Assembly: GCF_006345805.1 (NCBI RefSeq)
Contig: NC_043025.1
Span: 9,672,001 to 9,736,000 of the forward strand
DNA length: 64,000 nucleotides
Direction of reading: 5' to 3'
Source of the DNA: Octopus sinensis
Taxonomy: Eukaryota
The notes under the pieces are model-generated. The model was not told the origin of the DNA, ran no database searches, and saw only the letters and a list, made by a program, of their open reading frames with translations. Positions 34,456-46,610 of the stretch are shown in pieces (the stretch's first letter is position 1; each line of letters starts with the position of its first letter). Made by a program: the position numbers and the translations under genes.

Positions 34456-34690
34456 GCGTAGGAGTGGCTGTGTGGTAAGTAGCTTGCTTACCAACCACAT
34501 GGTTCCGGGTTCAGTCCCACTGCGTGGCATCTTGGGCAAGTGTCTTCTACTATAGCCCCGGGCCGACCAATGTATGTGTGTGTGTGTTTGTCCCCCTAGC
34601 ATTGCTTGACAACCGATGCTGGTGTGTTTACGTCCCCGTAACTTAGCGGTGGATTTGGTAGACGGAAACTGAAAGAAGCCCGTCATATAT
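34456..34690 (+). mobile_element. SINE family A, internally rearranged
   Basis: Head, then tail segment, then core segment out of order. Confidence 0.75.
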
Positions 34691-34709
34691 ATGTGTATAT
34701 ATATATGTA

Positions 34710-34742
<33 letters not shown>

Positions 34743-34744
34743 GT

Positions 34745-35038
34745 GGAGGCGCAATGGCCTAGTGGTTAGGGCAGCGGATTCGCAGTCGCAGGATCGTGGT
34801 TTCGATTCCCAGACCGGGCGTTGTGAGTGTTTATTGAGCGAAAACACCTAAAAGCTCCACGAGGCTCCGGCAGGGGGTGGTGATCCCTGCTGTACTCTTT
34901 CATCAGTCTTTCTTCTGTTGGCCTGCTCGCTTGGCCAGCGGGGTGGCGTCATTCAAAGGCTAAAACAATGCGAACGCATTGTGACCAACGATGTGTAACA
35001 ATATCTGATGGTCTGGTCGGTCACGTGATCACGTGATA
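34745..35038 (+). mobile_element. SINE family B (B2)
   Basis: Head and tail match. Confidence 0.88.
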
Positions 35039-35373
35039 TATACATGTGTGTGTGTGTGTTTGTGTCTGTTTGTCCCCCCCCCAACATCGCTTGATAACCG
35101 ATGCTGGTGTATTTCCATCCCCGTTACTTAGCGGTTCGGCAAAAGAGACCGATAGAATAAGTACGAAGAATAACTACTACTACTACTACTCTTACTATCT
35201 TTACTCTTTTACTGGTTTCAGTCATTTGACTGCGGCCATGCTGGAGCACCGCCTTTAATCGAGCAACTCGACCCCAGGACTTATTCTTTTGTAAGCCCAG
35301 TACTTATTCTATCGGTCTCTTTTGCTGAACTGCTAAGTAACAGGGACGTAAACACACCAGCATCGGTTGTCAA

Positions 35374-36060
35374 TGTTCAGATTATTCTATCAAACATAAT
35401 GCCTATTGATTCCCATTGATTTGAATTAATCATGCATTATCTCATATCTTCAAGATCTTGATGGTGTAATTACCTAATGTAGAATAACATTGTAGGGTAG
35501 GTGTGAGGGCCTGGATCTGGTCAGTTTGAACATAAAACAGAATAACCCTTTCATTACCAACCCGGCTGAAACCGCCTCTGGTTCTGAGTACAAATGTCTT
35601 GTTTTCATAAGTTCTGAATTAAAATCTTCCACCAAAAACCTTAGTCACAATTTATGTTCCTAACACTAGCTTTAATTATAACTAAGTTATTTTACTAAAT
35701 TCTTTGTTATATTTCAAATTAATTGCAAGAAACACAGAGCATCTCAACAGAAATACGGTAACAAAAGGGTTAAAGTCACCATGATATTTTTAACCCTTTT
35801 GTTACCAACCTGGCTGAAACCACCTCTGGCTCTGAGTACAAATGTCTTGTTTTCATAAGTTTTGAATTAAAATCTTCCACCAAACCTTAGTCACAATTTA
35901 TGTTCCTAACACTAGCTTAATGATAACTAAGTTATTTTACTAAATTCTTTGTTATATTTAAAGTAATTGAAAGAAACACAGAGCATCTCAAAATAAATAC
36001 AGTAACGAAAGGGTTAAATATTGTGGCCGGATATGGCTGGTTTAAATACTAAAGGGTTAA
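35374..36060. mobile_element. P2 TTAA MITE interrupted by a P1 dimer
   Basis: Colinear with the uninterrupted copy at 55828-56043. Confidence 0.8.
35546..36013 (-). mobile_element. P1 MITE dimer
   Basis: ATAA/TTAA flanks; two units joined by the AGTCACCATGATATTT spacer. Confidence 0.85.
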
Positions 36061-36639
36061 GTAATATGCCAGAACATTTTAATAGTGGCTTCAAATTTTG
36101 CGACAAGGGCAATAATTTGAGGGGACAGGATGAGTCAATTACATTGATCCCAGTCTTCAATGTAAGAATATTTATGGGCCGACCTCAGCAGAATTTGAAC
36201 TCGGAACATAAAGACAAACGAAATGCCGCTTAGCATTTTGCCTATCATGTTAATGATTCGGCCATTTCACTGCCTTACTACAACTACTACTACTACTACT
36301 ACTAATAATAATAATAATAATAATGGTTTCGAATTTTGCCACAAGGGCAACAATTATAGGAGAGGGGATGAGTCAATTACATCGATCCCAGACTGAGAAG
36401 AACTATTGATGCTCCAACAAACACCGTAGTTTTCTCTGTTTGAAAAGTCAATGACAATATATTTGTACACAGACATTTGAGTATATATATATATATTAGA
36501 AGGAATGAGGTAATCAGAAGATCGGATGGTTTATATTTACAGATATTTATTTGTATATTACATTTTTTATATATATATATATCATATCACTTAGATCATT
36601 AGCGCTTTCTCCCATTCTAGTGGGGTTTTCAAATCAAAA

Positions 36640-37205
36640 TATATATATATATATATATGTTGTACGAGTATGTATGTTGCATGTGTGTATGCTGTGTGTG
36701 TGTGACTATGTATTACACATGTATGTGCTGTGTGTGTTGCATGTGTACATGCTGTGTGTGTATATATGTGTGTATGTGTGTGTGTGTGTGCATATGTGTG
36801 TGTATGTTTGTGTGTGTATGTTTGTGTGTGTATGTGCATATGTTTGTGTGTGCGTGTGCATATGTGTGTGTAAGTTTGTGTGTGTGTATGCTTCTGTGTG
36901 TGTGTGTGCATATGCGTATGTTTGTGTGTGTGCATATGTGTGCGTATGTTTGTGTGTGTGTGTTGCACATGTATATACTGTATGTATGTTGCACGTGTAT
37001 ATGCTGTGTGTGTATGTGTGTATGTTTGTGTGTTGCACATGTATATGCTGTGTGTGTGTGTGTGTGTGTTGCATGTGTACATGCTGTGTGTGTGTATGCA
37101 AACATGTTGCACATATATATGTGTGTGTTGTACAAGTGTGTATATTGCATGTATATACGCTATGTACATGTGTGTGTGTGTGTGTGTGTGCATGTGTGTG
37201 TGTGC
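36640..37205. repeat. Degenerate (TG)n tract
   Basis: Direct inspection. Confidence 0.93.
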
Positions 37206-37709
37206 TATGAACTACACAGGGGATGTGCCTGGACGGGTTGTCTTTGATTGCCAATCTGTCCAATGGGGACTGGCCTGGAGCCTAACACCGATTACAACAA
37301 CAACACAAAGAGTAAGAAAGCTTGTTTCTTCTATCAATTAACAACGAAACTACTAACAACAACAACAACAACATTACTACAAGCAACAACAACAAAAACA
37401 ACATGAACACAACATTTTACCATAGCAACAACAACACTAATAACAACAACCACAACATACCACCATCGGCACCTGCAACAACAATTTCAAATGAATACGT
37501 AGTTATTAAAAGGGTTATTAATTAATGTTCAGAATGCTAATTAGAGTAATTAACTCATTAATACAAACTCAATGAAAATAAGCCCATACATATCTTTACC
37601 TGTACGCACCTCTGTGTATATATGTGTGTGTGTGTATGCGTGTATATGTGTGCATATATACATATGTGTGTGTGTGTGTGTGTATATATTTATATATATA
37701 TATATATAT

Positions 37710-38075
37710 ACCAACCACATGGTTCCGGGTTCATTCCCACTGCGTGGCACCTTGGGCAAGTGTCTTCTACTATAGCCTCGGGCCGACCAAAGCCTTGTGA
37801 GTGGATTTGGTAGACGGAAACTGGAAGAAGCCCATCATATATATGTATATATATGTATGTGTGTATATGTTTGTGTGTCTGTGTTTGTTCCCCACCATTG
37901 CTTGACAACCGATGCTGGTGTGTTTATGTCTCCGTAACTTAGCGGTTCAGCAAAAGAGACTGATAGAATAAGTACTAGGCTTACAAAGAATAAGTCCTGG
38001 GGTTGATTTACTCGACTAGAAGGCGGTGCTCCAGCATGGCCGCAGTCAAATGATTGAAATAAGTAAAAGAGAAAA
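37710..38075 (+). mobile_element. SINE family A, 5' truncated
   Basis: Core and tail match. Confidence 0.85.
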
Positions 38076-38109
38076 AAGAGAGAATATATATGTGTGTGTG
38101 TGTGTGTGC

Positions 38110-38141
<32 letters not shown>

Positions 38142-38222
38142 ATATATGTGTGTGCATATATACATATAAGTGTGTGTGTGTGTTCCTCCGTCTTCCCTTC
38201 CTTGGATCTTTCCTTTCCCTAT

Positions 38223-38257
38223 GTTTCTGACGATGAGCTCCGCTCGAAACGTCAAAC
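38223..38257 (+). ncRNA. Minimal hammerhead ribozyme motif
   Basis: gttt-CTGACGA-t-gagc(tcc)gctc-GAAA-cg-TC-aaac. Confidence 0.7.
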
Positions 38258-38358
38258 CCTCCTACTTTCTTTCCTTTCCTGAGTGTCCAATAATACTATA
38301 TTTGTTCCACGTCCTCACGTTGTTGTGTTTTCATGTTTGGATTAACTAAATATATATA

Positions 38359-38390
<32 letters not shown>

Positions 38391-38449
38391 CATACACAAA
38401 AATACACACACACACACACACACACATATAATATATATATATATATATA

Positions 38450-38819
38450 TCTCTATATATAAACGGCAGTTTGTCTGTGCGTGTTTCTGTGTGTCTGTTT
38501 GCTTGTACCCTCACCCTGACCACGGCTTTCAACCGATTCTGATGAAACTTGACACACACATAGCCCAATGTCATAATTCAAAACTAACGCAGCGAAAATT
38601 TTGAAAAGTTCCCCCAGTTCTGAAAAAAATCGATAAATTCGACATGGGGTCGAGAATCAGAAACACAAACCACAGACTGTCTAGGGGACGCACATCGACC
38701 TTTTTAACTAAAAAAAAAATTTACCATCATTTTTCCCCAATTTTTTGCCTATAACTATCTAAAAATGCTTTATAGTTATTTCCCTTACAAACCCGAGCAA
38801 CGCCGGGCGATACTGCTAG
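38450..38819 (+). mobile_element. Chimeric Helitron (H2 5' part, H1 3' end)
   Basis: A|TC...CTAG|T; 5' part matches 5339-5746, 3' ~110 bp matches H1. Confidence 0.85.
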
Positions 38820-38912
38820 TATATATATATATATATGAAAGCACAAAAAAACACAACAACGCGAGGACATGGAACAAATATAGTATTATTGAACGCTCAG
38901 GAAAGAAGGAGG

Positions 38913-38947
38913 GTTTAACGTTTCAAGTGGAGCTCTTCATCAGAAAC
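38913..38947 (-). ncRNA. Degenerate minimal hammerhead motif (second copy, inverted)
   Basis: gttt-CTGATGA-a-gagc(tcc)actt-GAAA-cg-TT-aaac; stem II weakened. Confidence 0.5.
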
Positions 38948-39017
38948 ATAAGAAAAGGAAAGATCCAGAGAAGGGAAGACGGAGGAAAAAAATCGCCAAC
39001 AGTACACACGCAGTCAC

Positions 39018-39024
39018 ATAGATA

Positions 39025-39056
<32 letters not shown>

Positions 39057-39203
39057 TTTATAGATAGATAGATAAATAGATATGGATAGATAAATAGATA
39101 TATATAGATAGATATATAGATATAGATATATATATATATATATATATAGATATGTATATATGAATATATAGATATATATATATAGAAATATTTATATATA
39201 TAT

Positions 39204-39240
<37 letters not shown>
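39018..39240. repeat. (GATA)n/(TA)n microsatellite
   Basis: Direct inspection. Confidence 0.93.
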
Positions 39241-39241
<1 letters not shown>

Positions 39242-42200
39242 CATCATCATCATCATTTAACGTCCGCTTTCCATGCTAGCATGGGTTGGACGGTTCAACT
39301 GGGGTCTGGGGAGCCCGAAAGCTGCACCAGTCCAGTCAGATCTGGCAGTGTTTCTACAGCTGGATGCCCTTCCTAACGCCAACCACTCCGAGAGTGTAGT
39401 GGGTGATTTTATGTGCCACCGACACAGGTGCCAGACGAGGCTGGCAAACGGCCACGCTCGGATGGTGTTTTTTATGTGCCACCGACACAGGTGCCAGACG
39501 AGGCTGGCAGACAGCCACGCTCGGATGGTGTTTTTATGTGCCACCGACACAGGTGCCAGATGAGGCTGGCAAACGGCCACGATCGGATGGTGCTTGTTAC
39601 ATGCCCACAGCACGGAGGCCAGTCGATGCGGTACTGGCTACGGCCACGTTCGGATGGTTTTCTGTGTGCCACGTGCCACCGGCACTGGTACCACAAAGAT
39701 ACAAATTCCATTGATGTTCATCTATTTTGATTTGTTTTGATTTTCACTTGCCTCAACAGGTCTTCACAAGTGTCACAAGAAGGAAGGTATGCACAGGTGG
39801 ACTGACTACGTCCCAGGTAGGGGCCATGGGTTATGGCTGACTAGTCTTGCCGGGTCTTCGGATGGTGTTTTTATGTGCCACCGACACAGGTGCTAGATGA
39901 GCCTGGCGAACGGCCACGATCGGATGGTGTTTGTCATGTGCCCACCGCACTGACTACAGCACTGATGGATTTCTTGTGTTGCCACAGGCACTGGTACCAC
40001 AAGATACAAATTCCATTGATGTTCATCTATTTTGTCTATTTTGATTTTGATTTGATTTTCACTTGCCTCAACCGGTCTTCACAAGTGTCACAAGAAGGAA
40101 GGTATGCACAGGTGAACTGACTAGTCTTGCCGGGTCTTCGGAAGGTGTTTTTATGTGCCACCGACACAGATGCCAGATGAGGCTGGCGAACGGCCATGAT
40201 CGGATGGTGTTTGTTACGTGCCCACAGCACGGAGGCCGGTCGATGCGGAACTGGCTACGGCCACGTTCGGATGGTTCTCTTGTGTGCCACCGGCACTGGT
40301 ACCACAAAGTGTGTGCCACCGGCACTGGTACCACGAAGATACAGATTCCATTGATGTTCATCTATTTTGATTTGTTTTGATTTTGATTTTCACTTGCCTC
40401 AACAGGTCTTCACAAGTGTCACAAGAAGGAAGGTATGCACAGGTGGACTGACTACGTCCCAGGTAGGGGCCATGGGTTATGGCCTGACTAGTCTTGCCGG
40501 GTCTTCGGATGGTGTTTTTATGTGCCACCGACACAGGTGCTAGATGAGGCTGGCGAACGGCCACGATCGGATGGTGTTTGTCATGTGCCCACAGCACGGA
40601 GGCCAGTCGATGCAGTACTGGCTACGGCCACTTTCGGATGTTTTCTCTTGTGTGCCACCGGCACTGGTACCACAAAGATACAAATTTCATTGATGTTCAT
40701 CTATTTTGATTTGTTTTGATTTTGATTTTGATTTTGATTTTCACTTGCCTCAACAGGCCTTCACAAGTATCACAAGGAGGAAGGTATGCACAGGTGGACT
40801 GACTACGTCCCAGGTAGGGGCCATGGTTTATGGCCTGACTAGTCTTGCCGGGTCTTCGGATGGTGTTTTTATGTGCCACCGACACAGGTGCTAGATGAGG
40901 CTGGCGAACGGCCACGACCGGATGGTGTTTGTTATGTACCCACAGCACGATGGCCAGTGTTGCGGTACTGACTACGGCCATGTTCGGATGGATTCTTGTG
41001 TGCCACCAGCACTGGTACCACAAGCGGTACTGACTACTTTTTATGTGCCACCGACACAGGTGCTAGATGAGGCTGGCGAACGGCCACGACCGGATGGTGT
41101 TTTTTATGTGCCCACAGCACGATGGCCAGTGATGCGGTACTGACTACGGCCACGTTCGGATGGATTCTTGTGTGCCACCGGCACTGGTACCACAAAGATA
41201 CAAATTCCATTGATGTTCATCTATTTTGATTTGTTTTGATTTTCACTTGCCTCAACAGGTCTTCACAAGTGTCACAAGAAGGAAGGTATGTACAGGTGGA
41301 CTGACTACGTCCCAGGTAGGGCCCACGGGTTATGACCTGACTAGTCTTGCCGGGTCTTCGGATGTGTTTTTATGTGCCACCATGTTCCCACAGCACGGAG
41401 GCCAGTCGATGCGGTACTGGCTACGGCCACATTCGGATGGTTTTCTTGTGTGCCACAGGCACTGGTACCACAAAGATACAAATTCCATTGATGTTCATCT
41501 ATTTTGATTGATTTTCACTTGCCTCAGCAGGTCTTCACAAGTGTCACAAGAAGGAAGGTATGCACAGGTGGATCGACTACGTCCCAGGTAGGGGCCACGG
41601 GATATGGCCTGACTAGTCCTGCCGGGTCCTCTCATGCACAGCACACTTCCATAGGACTCGGTCTTCAGTCATTTCCTTGGTGAGACCTAAAGTTCGAAGG
41701 TCGTGCTTCACCACCTCGTCCCAGGTTTTCCTGGGTCTACCTCTTTCACAGGTTCCCTCAACTGCTAGGGTGTAGCACTTTTGCACACAACTATCTTCAG
41801 CCATTCTTGTCACATGACCATACCAGCGCAGCCGTCTCTCTTGCACACCACAACTGACACTTCTTAGGTTCAACTTTTCTCTCAAAGTACTTACACTCTG
41901 ACGATTATGAACACTGACATTACACATCCATCGGAGCATACTGGCTTCATTTCTTGCAAGCTTACGAATATCCTCAGCTGTCACGGCCCATGTTTCACTA
42001 CCATGTAGCATGGCTGTACGTACACACGCATCATATAGTCTGCCTTTTACTCTTAGCGAGAAGCCTTTTGTCACCAGCAGGGGTAAGAGCTCTCTAAACT
42101 TTGCCCAGGCTATTCTTACTCTAGCAGTTACACTTTCAGCACACCCACCCCCGCTACTGACTTGGTCTCCTAGGTAGCGGAAGCTATCAACTACTTCTAG

Positions 42201-42390
42201 TTTGTCTCCCTGGAACGTGGTAGAAGTTGGTCTCTGCACATTTCCAGTGTTTATTTCTCCTGAGCATCTGCCACAGACAAAAACTATTTTCTTAGTTAGC
42301 CTTCCTTTGACATTGCTGCACCTCTTATGTGTCCATAGCTTACACTTGGTGCACCTTATAGAGTTTCTTGCACCTTATAGAGTTTCTCAC
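39241..42390 (-). mobile_element. 5'-truncated RTE-clade LINE with expanded tandem 3' UTR
   Basis: Frame ~42370-41613: CTKCKLWTHKRC...CGRC, FRYLG, RRLRWYGHV, RGRPRKTW; six repeats of a ~300-520-bp UTR block; (GAT)n tail. Confidence 0.93.
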
Positions 42391-42397
42391 CTTATAG

Positions 42398-42430
<33 letters not shown>

Positions 42431-42552
42431 TATATAAATATATATATAGATATATATATCTATATATATATATATATATCTTTATATATATATATAAATA
42501 TTTCTATTATATATATATATAAATATTTCTATTATATATATATCTATATATT

Positions 42553-42600
<48 letters not shown>

Positions 42601-42650
42601 TAGATATATAGATAGATATATAGATAGATATAAATATATATATATATAAG
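42390..42650. repeat. TA/GA microsatellite
   Basis: Direct inspection. Confidence 0.9.
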
Positions 42651-43246
42651 TGGTTTCTCCTTGAGCAGGTAGATTTATAGAGAGATGAAAAGGTAATCCG
42701 TTTGACATCACTTGAAAAAGACACTTAATTTAGATAAAGAACATAGATATATTTTCTTTATCTAAACTAAATGCCAATTTCAAGTGATGCCAAATCATTT
42801 GTTCTTTTATTTCTTCTTTAATCTTCACTTACCTACTCAAAGAAACCCCACTTCCAGCCACTCCTGATAGGCAGTCGCACACCACATTTTTCAGTCCCAG
42901 TTCAAACAGGAATTTTAGTGGCAAACCAAACTAAGTAGTCATTTGATAAATACTAATTACATATTCTATATATGTGGAAGATGGAATATATAAGAATTTA
43001 TTAATCTTTTTTGCCTATCTGCGATTTTATATTTGATCTTCTAGATAAATGAAGATATTTCCTCTGTGTGGCAGCTTTTCTCTCTACAAAACGAGAAGTT
43101 ACGTTGCGGAACAGTCATTTTAATGAGTTGTGTCTATATAACACTTGACAAGATACATCTGCACTACCGGATGCCCCTGAAACAGTTGTTGAGTGTCCCA
43201 CCCACAAGAAATTCATGCTAGATGTGTTGAAACTATTGTCGGTATT

Positions 43247-43475
43247 CGAGCTGGCAGAAACGTTAGCACGCCGGGCGAAATGCTTAGCGGTATTTCGTCT
43301 GCGTTACGTTGTGAGTTCAAATTCCGCCAAGGTCGACTTTGCCTTTCATCCTTTCGAGGTCGATAAATTAAGTACCAGTTACGCACTGGGGTCGATGTAA
43401 TCGACTTAATACCTATGTCTGTCCATGTTTGTCCCCTGTGTGTTTAGCCCCTTGTGGGTAATAAAGAAATAGGTA
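43247..43475 (+). mobile_element. SINE family C monomer, full length
   Basis: Head GAGCTGGCAGAAACGTTAGCACGCCGGGCG..., GAGTTCAAATTCC B box, Meta-like core, tail ending AATAAAGAAATAGGTATT. Confidence 0.85.
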
Positions 43476-43599
43476 TTAATAAGTTCTACATTCCCTCTTC
43501 CATTTGCCATAGACATAATGATCACTCTGAAAGTGACTGTGCTTTACCAGTAATCTATCAGGGTAAACCATTTGTTTTATTATCCAATATATATATATA

Positions 43600-44100
43600 C
43601 TAGCAGTTTCGCCCGGCGTTGCTCGGGTTTGTAAGGGAAATAACTATAAAGTATTTTTAGAGAGTTATAGCCAAAAAATAGCAAAAAAATGTATTAAAAA
43701 TGGAAAAAAATTATGGAAAATTTTTTTTTAAATCGTTGACTCATCGTAGACATTTTTAGAGAGTTACTTCCCTTATATAATAGCGAAAAAAATGCATTAA
43801 AATGGGAAAAAAATGATGGTAAATTTTTTTTAAATCGTTGACTCATCGTAGACATTTTTAGAGAGTTACTTCCCTTATATGATAGCGAAAAAATGCATTA
43901 AAATGGAAAAAAATTATGGTAAATTTTTTTTTAAATTGTAGACTCATCGTAGACACGCGCTAATACCCAGAAGGGCTCGATATGAATCACGACTATAAGA
44001 TAGCCGGTTTTGGTTAAACTGCACCGCAAAATGTGGGAGTAGTTAGGAATCTAAATCGTAGGAGACAGACAGCACACAACCTCACTTTTATATATAAAGA
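43600..44100 (-). mobile_element. Helitron H1
   Basis: A|TC...CTAG|T on the minus strand; internal ~120-bp block present in several copies. Confidence 0.9.
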
Positions 44101-44106
44101 TATATA

Positions 44107-44407
44107 TATCACCGTGATCACCGTGACCGACCAGGCTATCAGATGTTGCTACACATCGCTGGTCACAATGTGCCTCTCATTGTTTTTTAGCCTTTAAATG
44201 ACGCCACCTTGCTGGCTAAGCGAGCAGGCCGACAGGAGAAAGTTGTGGTGAAAGAGTACAGCAGGGATCACCACCACCCCCTGCCAGAGCCTCGTGGAGC
44301 TTTAGGTGTTTCGCTCAATAAACACTCACAACGCCCGGTCTGGGAATCGAAACCGCAATCCTACAACCGCGAATCCGCTACCCTAACCACTGAGCCATTG
44401 CGCCTCC
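44107..44407 (-). mobile_element. SINE family B (B2)
   Basis: Head and tail match. Confidence 0.85.
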
Positions 44408-44496
44408 ACATATATATGATTGATTGATTGATTGATTCCAGTTTCAGCTCATGAGCTGTGGCCATGCTGGGGCTATATATATATTTTTTTTTTTTA

Positions 44497-45300
44497 CTTG
44501 TTTCAGTCATTTTGACTGCGGCCATGCTGGAGCACCACCTTTAATCGAGCAACTCGACCCCGGGACTTATTCTTTGTAAGCCCAGTACTTATTCTATCAA
44601 TCTCTTTTGCCGAACCGCTAAGTAACGTGGACATAAACACACCAGCATCGGTTGTCAAGCAATGCTAGGGGGACAAATACAGACACACATGCACATACAT
44701 ATATATATACATATATACGGCGGGTTTCTTTCAGTTTCCGTCTACCAAATCCACTCACAAGGCTTTGGTCAGCCCGAGGGTATAGTAGAAGACACTTGCC
44801 CAAGATGCCACGCAGTGGGACTGAACCCGGAACCATGTGGTTGGTAAACAAGCTACTTACCACACAGCCACTCCTACGCCTATATATACATATATACGTC
44901 GGGTTTCTTTCAGTTTCCGTCTACCAAATCCACTCACAAGGCTTTGGTCAGCCCGAGGGTATAGTAGAAGACACTTGCCCAAGATGCCACGCAGTGGGAC
45001 TGAACCCGGAACCATGTGGTTGATAAACAAGCTACTTACCACACAACCACTCCTGCGCCTACTATATATATATATATATATACATACATACACATATATA
45101 TATATCCTTTTACTTGTTCCAGTCATTTGACTGTAGCCATGCTGGAGCACCACGTTTAGTTGAACAAATCAACCCCAGGAGTTATTCTTTGTAAGTCCAG
45201 TACTTATTCTGTCAGTGTCTTTTGCTGAACCGCTAAGTGACTGGGATATAAACACACCAGCATTGGTTGTCAAGCATTGAAGGGAGGACAAATACAGACA
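44497..45300 (-). mobile_element. SINE A with duplicated head/core plus an adjacent 3' half copy
   Basis: Heads near 44880 and 45060. Confidence 0.85.
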
Positions 45301-45317
45301 CAACACATACCTATATA

Positions 45318-45362
<45 letters not shown>

Positions 45363-45364
45363 TT

Positions 45365-45616
45365 AAATTTTCAGAATGGGATAGAAACCAAGGCTATGAA
45401 AAATTTCAGAACATTTATAAATAGAAGGTCTTACAGCTGTTTCGGGATATTTTATATATCCCTTCATCAGAGACGGTGTGAGGAAATGGTTAAGCAATAT
45501 TTATTCTTGATAAAATATGAAATAGAGAGTGGAGTGGAGGAATGAAAATAGACGTGAGATATGCAGGGCAATTGCATCTTTCACAGCCTTGTATTTTTAT
45601 CTCATTCTGAAAATTT
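45365..45616 (-). mobile_element. ~250-bp TIR-bounded element carrying a hammerhead ribozyme
   Basis: ~37-bp imperfect inverted repeats at 45365-45401 and 45579-45616; hammerhead at 45428-45474. Confidence 0.7.
45428..45474 (-). ncRNA. Type I hammerhead ribozyme motif
   Basis: gtct-CTGATGA-a-gggatat(ataaa)atatccc-GAAA-cagctg-TA-agac; intact core, palindromic stem III. Confidence 0.82.
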
Positions 45617-45769
45617 TTTTATAAATACACATGCAGATATATGACCTACGTTGGACTTCTCATCTGCATAATCACCGAACCTGGAGTTTAACTATAGTCT
45701 GTCCATAGCACTCACACAGCATTACCTGACACCTTTGGGTCTTATTGACACCATTACCTCTCATAACCT

Positions 45770-45795
45770 CTCTCTCTCTATATATATATATATAT

Positions 45796-45889
<94 letters not shown>

Positions 45890-45948
45890 CTGCTTATATA
45901 TATATGTATGCTTATATATATATATGTAATATATATATACATATATAT

Positions 45949-45980
<32 letters not shown>
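45770..45980. repeat. (TA)n microsatellite
   Basis: Direct inspection. Confidence 0.95.
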
Positions 45981-46610
45981 TTTCTGGGTGGAGGTGCTTA
46001 TCCCCCCCTTTGACAACATAAGGACACAGAAAATGTGTCAAGACCAACTGGAAGCAGTGTTTCCTAGGGCTTAATAGCAGTAACATTCTTCCCTTTCATG
46101 GGACTGCTGCATTATGTTGACAACATAACATCACCTTATCCTGCTGCTACTGTATAAATCTTACGTAATGATTGTACAAACACAAGAGCACGTGATGTTA
46201 GTCCTTGTGAGGTTTCGGAAGGGCAGTCTCAGTTCGAATAACCTTGTAACCCTTAACGGTGCAATTGTGTATTCATCTGTCATATAAAATCCGTTCTGTC
46301 TGTCTGTCTGTGTGTCTTCTAGGATCTCGGGCATCCTCCATCCAATTGTGCTCAAATTTGATATGTAGATACCGATGGTATCAGGGCATGTATAAGTCTC
46401 GAAAAAATTACAAAAATCGATTCCAGGTGAGAATGCGATCGATAAAGCTATTTTTGTCCTGCTTTTCTTCCGTCAACCTGTACATAACTGCGCATTTCAT
46501 TTTTTGTTGTTTTTGTACTGCTTAAAGGCACGTTTCTTTCCTGCCAAGCTTACTGTTTAAACCATGTTTGTGTTCTCCCAGTCAACAGCCTTATATTACT
46601 GGTACTTTAA

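Noticed and set aside
39257-41507. Recurrent ORFs MPPTQVPDEAGERPRSDG..., suggesting a repetitive protein family
   Set aside because: They arise in several frames and on both strands of RTE 3'-UTR repeats, with frameshifting indels between copies
42833-42930. Strong minus-strand donor AG|GTAAGT
   Set aside because: No good acceptor and no recognisable frame; could be a UTR exon but is unsupported
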